Of a stretch of 64,000 bases of DNA, positions 1 through 9,637 are shown piece after piece. The stretch's first letter is position 1; every line of letters begins with the position of its first letter. The notes beneath the pieces were generated by a model. It was not told where the DNA came from. It saw nothing but the letters and a program-made list of their open reading frames with translations, and ran no database searches. This DNA is from an uncultured virus (IMG/VR IMGVR_UViG_3300047160_009670). Taxonomy: Duplodnaviria > Heunggongvirae > Uroviricota > Caudoviricetes. The stretch lies in IMG/VR virus record IMGVR_UViG_3300047160_009670. One strand, 5' to 3'. A program made the translations under genes and the position numbers.

Positions 1-310
1 TGACAAGCCGGTCCTTGCGTACCCGTTCCGTTGGGCCGGCCGGCCTGCCCCGCTTCGGTCTGGTTGGCGCGATTTGCATGATAAAGGTATATCCCGCAGC
101 CCCGCCGCGTCAACCCCCCCGCCAGGGAATCCGCAGGTTTGTCAAACCCGTTTTACAAACGCGCATCCAGCCTGCGCCAAACGTCCAAAACGCCCCCCAG
201 GAGCGCCCCGGGGCGGTCGGGCCATTTGATAGGCCGTCCCGCCCGGGGCTTCCCCCAGGGGATTTACGGGCCTGTCAAGAGAACAGGCGCCCATGTCGCA
301 AACTGCAATC

Positions 311-580
311 TTAGGTAGCCGGTTCCACGCTGATGCTTCCCGTGCCGGTGGGCAGCATAACAAACCTAGCAGGTTCTTCCAGCCGCAGTTGACAGGCCGC
401 GCATTCGATCAGTTCGGAACCAGTCTCCACCAAGACCATGACGTAGGGCAGACTGGACCGTAACCATAACGCCCGGATCGTGCCCGTAACCGGTTCCCAG
501 GCCGAATCCCGGTCGGGCCGGAACCCGGTTATGCGGGCGCCGATCAGGTTCGTGGTCAAGTCATTCATCGCCAGGGTCAT
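311..580 (-). CDS. Hypothetical early protein
   Basis: ORF contiguous with the minus-strand operon. Confidence 0.55.
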   Translation of the reverse strand: MTLAMNDLTTNLIGARITGFRPDRDSAWEPVTGTIRALWLRSSLPYVMVLVETGSELIECAACQLRLEEPARFVMLPTGTGSISVEPAT

Positions 581-780
581 CCGCTGGTATCAGGTCCGGG
601 TAGGCATTGACCGCCGCGACGATCAGGGCTGCGTCGGCCGCCGTCAAGGTAACCATCCCTTCGAACGGCTGACAGTCATCTATGACGATATCGCCATTTG
701 AATCAAGGATCATAACACCGATTTCGGTTTCATGCACCCCTGGATACGCGCCAGGGCCGCGGACTGGGTTCATTGTTCAT
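561..780 (-). pseudogene. Third paralogue of the EPSPRPW small-protein family, apparently frameshifted in a G4 run
   Basis: ATG at 780 reads MNNEPSPRPWRVSRGA-stop; the C-terminal part (HETEIG...LIVAAVNAY) is in the +1 frame. Confidence 0.55.
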
Positions 781-1344
781 GTTCGCGATCCGGTAAGCGC
801 TGATACCCGTTGACCGCTGCGACGATGAATTCCCAGACATAATATTCCGGGTCTTGTGTATCTATGTTCATGACAGTAGTAAAAGACCGCCTATTCGCCG
901 CGCGAATTTCGATCCCGGGTTCCAGGTAAACCAGTTCCCATGGTCGGGGAAACCAGTCCTTCAGATGACCGTCGGGCCAGGGCCGCGGACTGGGTTCGTT
1001 CATGTTGGCGGCTCCGGTTTGGGCTTCCAGTGCGTTGGCTCTATCAGGCGGTCATAATCAGGCTCAAACCATAGGCCCGATTCGTAGAACCCTTCGATGA
1101 CTGACTTGCCGACCGCGACCAGAACATGACGGTCATCGGCCGGCAACCGGTCAGCGCAAGGAATCCAGGGCTGGTAGTCATTGACCCCATCGCGGATCAG
1201 GACTGCGTTCGCTGGAAACCCTTCGATCCCCCCGCCGTTCGTCAGGACTTCGGCTATCGGGCAACCGTTCGCATCGTATACCTTGATGTGCTTATCTTCC
1301 CACCAGTAACCATCATCAAGACGCCAGGGCCGCGGACTGGGTTC
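750..1344 (-). repeat. Three identical 22-bp repeats at the 5' ends of three tandem paralogues (750-771, 976-997, 1323-1344)
   Basis: gccagggccgcggactgggttc occurs three times and encodes EPSPRPW. Confidence 0.9.
770..1003 (-). CDS. Small early protein, EPSPRPW family
   Basis: MNEPSPRPW...FIVAAVNGY. Confidence 0.7.
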   Translation of the reverse strand: MNEPSPRPWPDGHLKDWFPRPWELVYLEPGIEIRAANRRSFTTVMNIDTQDPEYYVWEFIVAAVNGYQRLPDREHEQ

Positions 1345-1353
1345 GCCTATCAT
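1000..1353 (-). CDS. EPSPRPW-family protein with C-terminal DUF551-like domain
   Basis: WIPCADRLP..D..VLV...PTHWKPKPEPP pattern typical of DUF551. Confidence 0.75.
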   Translation of the reverse strand: MIGEPSPRPWRLDDGYWWEDKHIKVYDANGCPIAEVLTNGGGIEGFPANAVLIRDGVNDYQPWIPCADRLPADDRHVLVAVGKSVIEGFYESGLWFEPDYDRLIEPTHWKPKPEPPT

Positions 1354-1362
1354 GGTAGACCC

Positions 1363-1818
1363 CTAGAACCAGTAGTACAGGCCGCATTTCGGGCAGCGCC
1401 CTTCATACCACTGGAAACGTAACCATTCGTATCCAGTAACGATATGACGATCCATTAACACCATGGGCGGTATGCCTAGTTGCCCTGTCGGCCTGCGGGA
1501 CAGCCAGAAATCCGCCAGGGCCGCCCGTATGCTGAACTGCCCGCACAGGCAGGGGTATAGCATCGCCGCCCGGCCGGCCGGGACCGCAAAGGCCGGGCGT
1601 CCGCGTTCCGGCCCGTCGTAGGCGCGCAGACAGACCCGCGGGAAAATCCCCCGCGGGTCCAATGAATTACGTTCCAGCCAGCGCTGCGGCGCCGGGGGCG
1701 CCGGGTCTTCCATCGCGCCAACCCCCGTCAGGAATTCGGGCTCGCATATATCCTTGCCCATCGCGCGCCCCCTGTCATGGATGACGCCCATCAATGACAT
1801 GGGCGCCATGTCATACAT
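1363..1818 (-). CDS. Hypothetical protein with CxCG/CxxCG zinc ligands
   Basis: CLCGQ and CPKCG motifs; contiguous with operon. Confidence 0.55.
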   Translation of the reverse strand: MYDMAPMSLMGVIHDRGRAMGKDICEPEFLTGVGAMEDPAPPAPQRWLERNSLDPRGIFPRVCLRAYDGPERGRPAFAVPAGRAAMLYPCLCGQFSIRAALADFWLSRRPTGQLGIPPMVLMDRHIVTGYEWLRFQWYEGRCPKCGLYYWF

Positions 1819-1820
1819 AA

Positions 1821-2915
1821 TCAGAAAGGAATATCATCATCCCCATCCGGCGGGGCGTACGGCCGGGCCGCCGGCAGGGGACGACCTGGGGCCGGGGCCG
1901 GCGAAGCCGGGCCAATCGGCCGCGTCGGTTCGCTGAACCCGACCTTGTTATGCGACCGGCCCGTTTGCTGCCGAACCCGGCCGTCGGCAATGTCTTCCAG
2001 GGTCCGACCGTACCATTTGGGCAGCCAGCCCAGGGCCGGGAATGGGTCGCCTGTAACGTATGACCATGAAACCAAGTCAATCGACCGTTCCATGGCGCGC
2101 GCGTCGCCATCGCCAGACCCAATCCCGGTCATCGAATCGTAGGTACGTTCCTGACCGTCCCGGCCGGTACTGGTTGAATGCGCGATTTGGACCGTGACCG
2201 GCTGGTCGAGCAGGGACAGGATATCAAACTTGTCGCCGTCCCGAAATTCCCGGCCCATGACCGCTTCGACCATGGCGCGCCATTTGGCCGTCGTGAACAG
2301 GCTTTTGCTGTACCCCAGGATGAAGACGAACGGTTCCCCGTTCTGCTTGCGCGTCGCCAGTTCGACCGCGACGAAAATCTGCGCGGTACGCCGCGTTTCC
2401 CCTTGATATTCGTATTCTTGAATGCCTACATCAAACAGCCCGACAATCCGACCGGGATTGGCCCCCGCGGGGGCGTTGCTGAACCCCGAGTATTCTTCCG
2501 AAGTCGCTTCCTGCCGCCATGGATTCGCTGCCATTGGTTCCCCCTTGGGCATTGCTGCCAGTCCCCCGAACGCCAGGCGCGCTACGCTGCGCGCCCAGTC
2601 GAATTGCCTTGCTAGTTCCCATCCTTCATGATATGCGCCGTAATCCCATTCGTCAAACCCTAAAATGTAACCAGACCTTTCTTTCATTCCTGCCAGAATG
2701 TAAGAATGCGATTCTACACCCAGTTCCGAGGCGGCGGCAATTTCCGGCCAGGCCATGACGGCCGCGACCCCCAGGGCACAACCGCATTTGGTCTTGCTGT
2801 CCCAGAATTGCCGGGTCGCAAACCCGTACCCCCGGGCCTGGGCCGCGGCGACAAATTCCGCGGGGGTCAGGTCCAGGGGACGGGGTATCGCGGGTAGGTC
2901 CGTCGGCTGGGTCAT
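1821..2915 (-). CDS. Phage SSB-like protein (probable internal start at 2534) with in-frame N-terminal extension
   Basis: Ends in DDDIPF, the SSB C-terminal tail; AAGGGGG RBS precedes MAANPW at 2534; lies next to the recombination genes. Confidence 0.65.
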   Translation of the reverse strand: MTQPTDLPAIPRPLDLTPAEFVAAAQARGYGFATRQFWDSKTKCGCALGVAAVMAWPEIAAASELGVESHSYILAGMKERSGYILGFDEWDYGAYHEGWELARQFDWARSVARLAFGGLAAMPKGEPMAANPWRQEATSEEYSGFSNAPAGANPGRIVGLFDVGIQEYEYQGETRRTAQIFVAVELATRKQNGEPFVFILGYSKSLFTTAKWRAMVEAVMGREFRDGDKFDILSLLDQPVTVQIAHSTSTGRDGQERTYDSMTGIGSGDGDARAMERSIDLVSWSYVTGDPFPALGWLPKWYGRTLEDIADGRVRQQTGRSHNKVGFSEPTRPIGPASPAPAPGRPLPAARPYAPPDGDDDIPF

Positions 2916-3325
2916 GGCTGCCCCCCGCCCGGTTCGCCGAACCCGTCGATCAGCCTGCCGATTTCTTCATCGGTCGCCGGACCGATTCCGAAGACGTTGG
3001 CCCCCCCGGCCGCCGCCGCTTCTTTCAGGGCAGACCGCAGGATGCCCCCTTCCCGTTCTTGGAGCAGGGCCGCGTCCCCGTCCCGGACCCGACGCGCAAA
3101 GGTAATGATATCTTTCTTGCAATGATCCTTGAATGCAACCCAGATTTGCGACCCGCGCAGACCCAGGCGCTCCATGTCCAGGAACAGGTCCAGATGACCC
3201 GCCGGCAGGTCGGCCCTGGGACGTTCGGCCAGCATGCACAGAACCGTCGCCGCGCCGGGGTTCCCCGCGGCCAGTTGTGTCATCATCGGCTTGTAAACAT
3301 CAATGAAATCGTTCACTTCAGACAT
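2912..3325 (-). CDS. Hypothetical protein
   Basis: Globular-looking ORF with G-rich RBS. Confidence 0.65.
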   Translation of the reverse strand: MSEVNDFIDVYKPMMTQLAAGNPGAATVLCMLAERPRADLPAGHLDLFLDMERLGLRGSQIWVAFKDHCKKDIITFARRVRDGDAALLQEREGGILRSALKEAAAAGGANVFGIGPATDEEIGRLIDGFGEPGGGQP

Positions 3326-3335
3326 GATCGTCCCC

Positions 3336-3626
3336 CTAGTTAAGTGACCCCCCGCAATGCGGGCACTTCAAGACGAGCGCCCCCGATGGCGCTGGCCTGC
3401 CCAGTGGGGCCAAGGCCCGGGCCGCGTGCGGCTTGCGGGTCAAGTACCCCTTCGCTTCCATCGACCGCAGATGACGGCTAACCCCGTTCGGCGAACTAAT
3501 ATCAAAATGTTTACCGATTTCACGGGTAGTCGGCGCGTACTGATGTTCGTTTATGTAGTCTCGAATGAATGACAGAATGGATTTCTGCCGGTCCGTCAGC
3601 GTCCCTAGTTTTTGACCTGCCCGCAT
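3336..3626 (-). CDS. LexA-like winged-HTH DNA-binding protein lacking the S24 peptidase domain
   Basis: LTDRQKSILSFI...APTTREIG..FDISSPNGV..HL..MEAKGYL matches the LexA N-terminal domain; only 96 aa, ends CPHCG. Confidence 0.85.
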   Translation of the reverse strand: MRAGQKLGTLTDRQKSILSFIRDYINEHQYAPTTREIGKHFDISSPNGVSRHLRSMEAKGYLTRKPHAARALAPLGRPAPSGALVLKCPHCGGSLN

Positions 3627-3921
3627 GTGCTACCCCCTTCATCTGGCGGGGGCTTGGCCGTAGAGCGTGTGGGATCGGAAGCCCCCTTTGTCCCACGCAC
3701 AAACACAGCAACCGATCCCTGGCCAAGCCCCCATTTGTACCGTTCATTTTGTCGGGGGCTTGGGCTTGCCCCCGTAGTTCCCCATCTGCGTAGGCGCTGG
3801 CCCCGCAGCCGCCTTGCCAGCCGCCAAGGCCCCGTCCTGCCCCGCCAGGATGCTGGGCAGTGTGTCGTAGCCGGGCGCCTTCAGGATCGGCACGGGCGGC
3901 TTGCCGGGCGCCAGGGCCAGG

Positions 3922-5493
3922 TTAACCATCTTGTCTGGATTCGTCGGCATCAGATTCACCAGTGAATGTGTCGGAATCTGTCAAGGTTCCGTCGGCGATG
4001 ACGAACCCGTCGCCGCCGTCTTCCGATGGGACTTCTAACCATGCTTGCATATCATATTGTTCCGCAAGCATGCGAATGGTTTCCCGGCCCCCCGCGGTAA
4101 AGGCCGCGCCCCGCTTGAAGATGGCAACCGCTAGCTGGGGATGCCGCGCCGCCTGGACGGCAAAGCAGACCCGCAGCGATTCGGCTTCCGACCATTGCGA
4201 ACGCGGCGCCCCCTGGAATCGTACCGTATCCCCGTCCATCGACAACCCGTCAATCGGGAATTCGGCCCCGGCCAGCGCATCCGCCTTGGCCTGTTCAATG
4301 GCCTTCAGCCGGTCGGTCAGTTCCTTGGCCTGCGCCTTGGCCTTGTCGGCATCGGCCTGCCTGGCCCGCCAGGCTTCATTGTCCGCGACCATGCCATTGG
4401 TCGCGGCGGCCGCGTCCATGTCGGCTTCCACGTCCCCCAGGCCGCTGGGCGGGCAAGCCCGCAACTTGTCGGCAAAGTCGGCTGCGTTCCCCTTGGCCGC
4501 TTCGAAGGTCCGGGCCGCCTGGGCCGCGGCTGCCCCGGCCGCCGCTGCCGCGTGCCGCGCCCGGTCCAGGTCGGCTTTCGCCGCTTCGGCCTTGGCCCGC
4601 TGGCGGTCGTTCGCTGCTAGCTGCGCTTCGGCTGTGCCGATCCGGGCAATGAGCGCGTTCAGTTCGGCCCGCAGTGCGGCAATGTTTGGGTCTATCAGTG
4701 CGTCGGCGGCTTCCATGGCCCGCTGGGCCGGTTCTTCGGCCGCCCGGTAGGCTGCATGGGATTTCTGGGCCGCCGCTAGCAGACCGTCCGCCACGACCGA
4801 CAACCGGTTCATGTCGGCTTCGGCTTCGATCATGCGGCGCTTGATAGCCAGCGTTTCGGCTTCGATGATCCGCGCTTGACGATGCCGTTCCGTCAGGTCC
4901 GCCAGGTTGACCGGTTCGTCCGGGGCTTCTTCATGGTACGGCATGCCCTGTGCCTGCGCTTGAAGCGTATCAGCCAGGCGCTTGGCCGCGGCCCGTTCGG
5001 CAAAAATCTTCGCATATTCGATTTCAAGCATCCTTGTATCAATCCCGGCCAGGGACCGCAACATATCAGCGAATTCTTTATCGGACATATCCATAAGGTC
5101 GCCGGGATCGAACGACCGGTCTTCCCGGAACCGGTCGAGCAGGGTTTGACCGGCTTTCAGTACCCCATCCCGGCCTGTCACGCGCAGCCGGGTTTCCCGG
5201 TTCGGGGCGATTTCCAGTTCGATTTGATATTCGCCCGTGTCGCCGTACACGGTCGCGGTTTCCGTGCCGTAGCGGACCGGTTCGTCCGGGACCGCCCGCT
5301 TGCCCGCGAACAGCGCCTGCAAGGCCCGCAGTACCGAAGTCTTGCCAGACCCGTTGGCCCCTTTGATTTCGATGTAATTGCGGTCGGGATGTATCGCGAC
5401 CGCCTTCAGGCGCAGGAAGTTTTCCGCGCGCAGTTCCAGGAGCCGCAAGGCCCCGGCAGCCTGTTCCGCCGGGGCCGTAGTCTTCTTAGCCAT
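3922..5493 (-). CDS. SMC/SbcC-like ATPase with coiled coil
   Basis: Walker A GANGSGKTS, LRAENF strand, long Ala-rich coiled coil; RBS before MAKK. Confidence 0.8.
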   Translation of the reverse strand: MAKKTTAPAEQAAGALRLLELRAENFLRLKAVAIHPDRNYIEIKGANGSGKTSVLRALQALFAGKRAVPDEPVRYGTETATVYGDTGEYQIELEIAPNRETRLRVTGRDGVLKAGQTLLDRFREDRSFDPGDLMDMSDKEFADMLRSLAGIDTRMLEIEYAKIFAERAAAKRLADTLQAQAQGMPYHEEAPDEPVNLADLTERHRQARIIEAETLAIKRRMIEAEADMNRLSVVADGLLAAAQKSHAAYRAAEEPAQRAMEAADALIDPNIAALRAELNALIARIGTAEAQLAANDRQRAKAEAAKADLDRARHAAAAAGAAAAQAARTFEAAKGNAADFADKLRACPPSGLGDVEADMDAAAATNGMVADNEAWRARQADADKAKAQAKELTDRLKAIEQAKADALAGAEFPIDGLSMDGDTVRFQGAPRSQWSEAESLRVCFAVQAARHPQLAVAIFKRGAAFTAGGRETIRMLAEQYDMQAWLEVPSEDGGDGFVIADGTLTDSDTFTGESDADESRQDG

Positions 5494-5956
5494 TGCTGTC
5501 CCCTTCACCGTTCAGTTTGTAGACGACATGGAACCCCCGCCGACGCAGCGCCGCCTGGGCCTTCTGCGCCCATTCCAGGTCGCCGGCTTCCAGGGCACTG
5601 ACGAAAATGTCGAAATGAAACCGGGCGGTTTCATTCTTGTTTTCGGGCGCATGGATGTTTACATCTATATGCTTGACATTGGGAACCGGCGCGTAGGACG
5701 GTTCGGACCCGAACGCCGATTCCAGGGGCGTGTCGTTCTTGGGAACGAACAGGCCGTTGGACTTCAATTCGTCTTCCAGCCTGACCTTGGCGCGCAGCTT
5801 GTAGAACGTAGCGTCTGATGGCGCGCCATTCGGGTACAGGCGCTTCAGGTCGGGCTGCGCGTCCCGGAAGGTCAGGTTCGGCTTGGACCGGAGCAAGGCC
5901 TCCAGTGCGGGGAATCCCGCCGGCCGCATGCCCTTGTTACGCTTTGCCCCCGCCAT
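5486..5956 (-). CDS. Hypothetical protein
   Basis: RBS GGGGG before MAGAKRNK; fills the gap in the operon. Confidence 0.55.
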   Translation of the reverse strand: MAGAKRNKGMRPAGFPALEALLRSKPNLTFRDAQPDLKRLYPNGAPSDATFYKLRAKVRLEDELKSNGLFVPKNDTPLESAFGSEPSYAPVPNVKHIDVNIHAPENKNETARFHFDIFVSALEAGDLEWAQKAQAALRRRGFHVVYKLNGEGDSNG

Positions 5957-7154
5957 TCTTGCTTCCCCCCTTTCCCTTGGTAGGACTGGCCGGCCCGGGG
6001 TCCGGCGCCGCGGCCGGCTGGTCAACCCCCAGGGCCATGGCCCAGGTAACGCCCGGACCGATATGCTTCTCGATATCGGCCAGGGCTTCACAATGTTCAT
6101 CCGTCATGGATGACCGATCCTTAATGCGTAAGGATCGAAAGATATCCGCATCCTTGAATCCAAACGCCCGCAGCTTGGCCAGCCAGTCGTCTTGCCGCGT
6201 CGTCGCCGGCGCGACCCCCGCCGCCCCGACCGATGGGGGCGGACTGGGCGCCGGGACTTCCCTGCCCGACAGTTCCGCCGCGGGCGGGTCTGCCTTGGCC
6301 GCCAGCCGATCCGCCAGTTGATCCGCCGGGCTGCCGCCGCCGTTGCCGGCCGGCGGGGTCGGTTCCGGGAATGCCTGTTCCAAGGTTGTCCCCCCGTCCT
6401 GGATGGACTTGCCCAGATTTTGTAACCAGACGATATGTTCGTATGTCATATCGTCGATGGACTTCAGGCCCAGGGTCGCCAGAACCCGGTCGCGACTGAT
6501 CCCCCGACTTTCGATCTTGGCCAGGTACCGTTCCCGTTCCTGGGCGATCTTGTCTTCGCCCCCGATTGCTGCCATCTGCGCCGCCCGCCAGACCGGGTTC
6601 CATACGGCGCGGGGGATGATGGCCAGGATCGCTTCCCGCTTGGCGATGGAAGTCAGGGCCGCGGCGGTCGTTTTAATCAGGTCCAGACTGTACCGGAACC
6701 CTTTCTTGCCGACTATTTGCCGGACCGCTTCCCGGCCTTCGGTATTGTTCTTCTGTAAATCCAGGCACACAGCCTGAACCTTGATGAACTGGCCATCGTC
6801 GCCGACAATCCTTGTCCGAACATCCATGTTACCCCATGCATACATCATGATTTCTGCAAACCTGATGGATGGCCCGGTAATGGGGTCGCCAACGGTCCCT
6901 TCCCCGCTGCGCCGCGGGGGCAGACTGTACGTACAGGCTTCAGCGATTTCCCGGTCCATCCGAACCAAGGTAACCGCCTGCGCCTTGCAGGCCGGTTCGT
7001 TCCGGGGCCGGGCCGTAGCCAAATCCATCTTGGCTTCGATTTCTGACTTCATGATGAGCGCCAGGGTCTTGTCGCCGTCGGCGGTCTGCGCGTGGTAGAA
7101 TTCGGCGATTTCCCGGTCGGTCATCTGCTCCGCTGGCAGGTTTGCGCTGGACAT
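5937..7154 (-). CDS. Putative single-strand annealing/recombination protein
   Basis: Directly downstream of YqaJ; PRNE..C.YSLP..GPSIRFAE..WGN motifs seen in phage proteins paired with YqaJ. Confidence 0.55.
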   Translation of the reverse strand: MSSANLPAEQMTDREIAEFYHAQTADGDKTLALIMKSEIEAKMDLATARPRNEPACKAQAVTLVRMDREIAEACTYSLPPRRSGEGTVGDPITGPSIRFAEIMMYAWGNMDVRTRIVGDDGQFIKVQAVCLDLQKNNTEGREAVRQIVGKKGFRYSLDLIKTTAAALTSIAKREAILAIIPRAVWNPVWRAAQMAAIGGEDKIAQERERYLAKIESRGISRDRVLATLGLKSIDDMTYEHIVWLQNLGKSIQDGGTTLEQAFPEPTPPAGNGGGSPADQLADRLAAKADPPAAELSGREVPAPSPPPSVGAAGVAPATTRQDDWLAKLRAFGFKDADIFRSLRIKDRSSMTDEHCEALADIEKHIGPGVTWAMALGVDQPAAAPDPGPASPTKGKGGSKNGGGKA

Positions 7155-7157
7155 GGT

Positions 7158-8099
7158 TCAACCCCCATTCTTTGATTTGAGAATGCGAATCATTGTTGAT
7201 TGGTACGCTTGGATTTCTTGAACCCGCGCCGGGTAGTCGGTCGTGTACCGCTTGACGGTCCGCCCGTCGGGCAGCATGCCGGCGGTATTCGGCCCCAGGG
7301 CCGCCAGCAACCGGACCTTGGCCAGGTCCTGTTCTTCCTTGGCCCCCTTGGCGGTTTCCGACGCAGACAGGTACAGTTCCGCCAGGTCGGCTTCGGCCTG
7401 GCCGAAAACGACGGTCTGGCCGTTCCCCTTGCCGTTGATTGCGATATGGACCGCGGGGTCGGCGAATTCGCCAGGGGGCGGCGGCCGGCGGGATTCAAGG
7501 CAGTCCATGAAATCGGCTTCCAGCCGCAGCATGGCCTTGACAAGCTTGTCGTTCCGGCCCAGTTCGTACAGCCGGGGCGGGTCAGACATGCCAATCTGAG
7601 CATATACATCTGCCTTGTCTGATTCATGGGCAATCATCTGATGATGCGCCTGAATCAAGTAGGCCCGGGGAATGTCTTCGGGGCCTTCGCCCCATTCGTG
7701 TTTCATCCACGAATCGACAGTTTTAACTTCCACCAACCGGCCGTCATCCCGGATCGCATCGACCGTTGCCAGGATGTAGGGAATGGTCGGATGGACGATG
7801 AATGCCTGGGTTGCCGCAATGTCATGGCCCGTCGCTTCCCGGTACAGGTCGAGCAGGACGGGTTCCATCAGCCTGCCGAACCGCTGACGGAACGTTTCCG
7901 GGGGTTCGGGCAGTAGCCCCAGCTTGCGGCAGTAGATCGTCGCGGCATCGCCCCATTTCGATTCGCCGCAGACCGCGGGGGCGTCGGATGACCCGATGCC
8001 CCGGCGCCGGGCCGCCAGCCAGGCCGCGCGGTCGGTAACCGGCGAAATGCGGGGATTGACATTTGATTGGATCGCGCCTAACATTGAATCGCTTGCCAT
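7158..8099 (-). CDS. YqaJ-like viral recombinase exonuclease
   Basis: WLAARRRGIGSSDAPAVCG, ATVD, EVKT, YLIQAHHQM motifs. Confidence 0.9.
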   Translation of the reverse strand: MASDSMLGAIQSNVNPRISPVTDRAAWLAARRRGIGSSDAPAVCGESKWGDAATIYCRKLGLLPEPPETFRQRFGRLMEPVLLDLYREATGHDIAATQAFIVHPTIPYILATVDAIRDDGRLVEVKTVDSWMKHEWGEGPEDIPRAYLIQAHHQMIAHESDKADVYAQIGMSDPPRLYELGRNDKLVKAMLRLEADFMDCLESRRPPPPGEFADPAVHIAINGKGNGQTVVFGQAEADLAELYLSASETAKGAKEEQDLAKVRLLAALGPNTAGMLPDGRTVKRYTTDYPARVQEIQAYQSTMIRILKSKNGG

Positions 8100-8117
8100 T
8101 GGATTGGTTCCCTTGAG

Positions 8118-8164
8118 CCGCCCGCTAGCCTGGCCTGCCTTGCCTGGGCTAGCGGGCTTTTTTT
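8118..8164 (+). terminator. Intrinsic terminator-like hairpin oriented against the early operon
   Basis: cccgctagcc...ggctagcggg followed by T7 on +. Confidence 0.55.
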
Positions 8165-8177
8165 GTTCAGGTAGGAA

Positions 8178-8206
8178 ATTGTATACCCCGCGCTGGCGCT
8201 TGTCAA
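8178..8206 (-). promoter_or_regulatory. sigma70 promoter for the recombination module
   Basis: TTGACA-17-TACAAT on -. Confidence 0.8.
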
Positions 8207-9007
8207 GCGCCGGCCGGCCCGCGGTCGTCGAAACCGAACGACCCCGGGTCGCGGACGATTTGGCCCATCGCCGATTCAATCGTCAAGCCGGAAATCCGGG
8301 CCAGTTCCCGCGCGGCTGTAAGCAAGTTGTTCGGCATCGGCTGTAATTGGGCCGCATCCTTGACCATCAAGTTTCCTTCCCTTACGCAGTCCTGGCAGGC
8401 GTTTCCCAAGAACGCAACGCGGGCCGCGCAGGCGTCATGCAAGGGCTTGCCGCAGATGTTGCAGCAGCGCCTGGATACCCGCCGGTCTTCCTGGACCGTC
8501 TTGCCACAATTGACGCATGCATAGCTGACCATGATTTGCCCCATTCGGTTACCAGCGCGCCCAGTCGGGCAGTTGCTTGTAAATACGTTCGCATTTTCCT
8601 TCAAGATACCTTGCGACGGTAATGTCCCCCGCCTTGCGAGCGGTCATCGCGTCCGCCTTGGTTTCGGCATAGAAACGAAGCCGGTCCAGCCATTCGGACA
8701 TTGCCCGTAAGTCATCTTCATTCATGTCATCCAGATTGATATTCAGATTGTCCATTCTTTACCCCTTCCGGTAGATGGTCCATTGCCGGGAACGGTCATC
8801 GTATTCAATGCCGTATCGGGCATACCCGCCGATGATCGAGAATTCGCCCCCCTTGAACGCGGTACCGATCCAGCGCCCCCCCGTGACCCGGCGGGCCGTC
8901 CGGGGCTTGTCCCAGTAGGTCCGCGCGAAGTCCCCCGCGACAGAATCGGCGTTATTGGCGCCGGCAGGGAAATCCCCCGCTCTGTAGACTTCCAGGTCGC
9001 TTGCCAT
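8203..9007 (-). CDS. Three small early ORFs (8203-~8544 Cys-rich, 8549-8755, 8759-9007)
   Basis: Tightly packed, with AAGGGG-type RBSs, downstream of promoter 9030-9058. Confidence 0.6.
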
Positions 9008-9029
9008 GGTAGACCCCCTTTCTATCCCA

Positions 9030-9058
9030 ATTATAGGCGCCTGTCCTTCGCTTGTCAA
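9030..9058 (-). promoter_or_regulatory. Conserved early promoter
   Basis: TTGACA-17-TATAAT with GACAGGCGCC spacer. Confidence 0.9.
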
Positions 9059-9624
9059 CGGATCAGGTCGCGCGGCGGGGCCGGGTCCAGTTCCCGGCCG
9101 CCCTGAAAGACGACCGCGCCGCCGGGCTGGACCCGGTAGGTTTCCAGCCAGCGGTCATGCGTGCGCAGGGCCGACCCGTCGGGGTCCGCCAGCATCGGCC
9201 GGGCGGTCATCGTCACGGTCCATCGGTCGTCGCCCAGGGGGTCCGCGCGCTGAATCGTACAGGACCAGCCCGTCAGGACCGTATCCGGTTCGATGGCCCA
9301 TGGCCAGGCAAACCGGATTTCCCGCGCCGCAGGAACCAAGCCGACCCGGTTCAGGGTCGCCGCCAGCCGGTCATGCAACTGGGCGGATTCGGGGCCGCAG
9401 TCATCGCGTCGATAAACAGTTACACCTTGATAAGACAGGTCGGCCGCCCGGTCAGCGGCGATGGCCTGTAACGCCCGTTCGGTAGACCCCGCCGGGATCG
9501 GCAGGGTAACCGCGACCCCGGCCGGCTGACCCCGGGGCCGTATGACCCGCTGGGCCAGGACCCCGCCGATCAAGGCCCCCAGAATGACCGGCAGAATCGC
9601 CAGGCGCCGCCAAAAGTACCGCAT
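9055..9624 (-). CDS. Exported or membrane-anchored protein
   Basis: N-terminal basic plus hydrophobic segment (MRYFWRRLAILPVILGALIGGVLA). Confidence 0.65.
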   Translation of the reverse strand: MRYFWRRLAILPVILGALIGGVLAQRVIRPRGQPAGVAVTLPIPAGSTERALQAIAADRAADLSYQGVTVYRRDDCGPESAQLHDRLAATLNRVGLVPAAREIRFAWPWAIEPDTVLTGWSCTIQRADPLGDDRWTVTMTARPMLADPDGSALRTHDRWLETYRVQPGGAVVFQGGRELDPAPPRDLIR

Positions 9625-9637
9625 CGCTTACCCCCTT

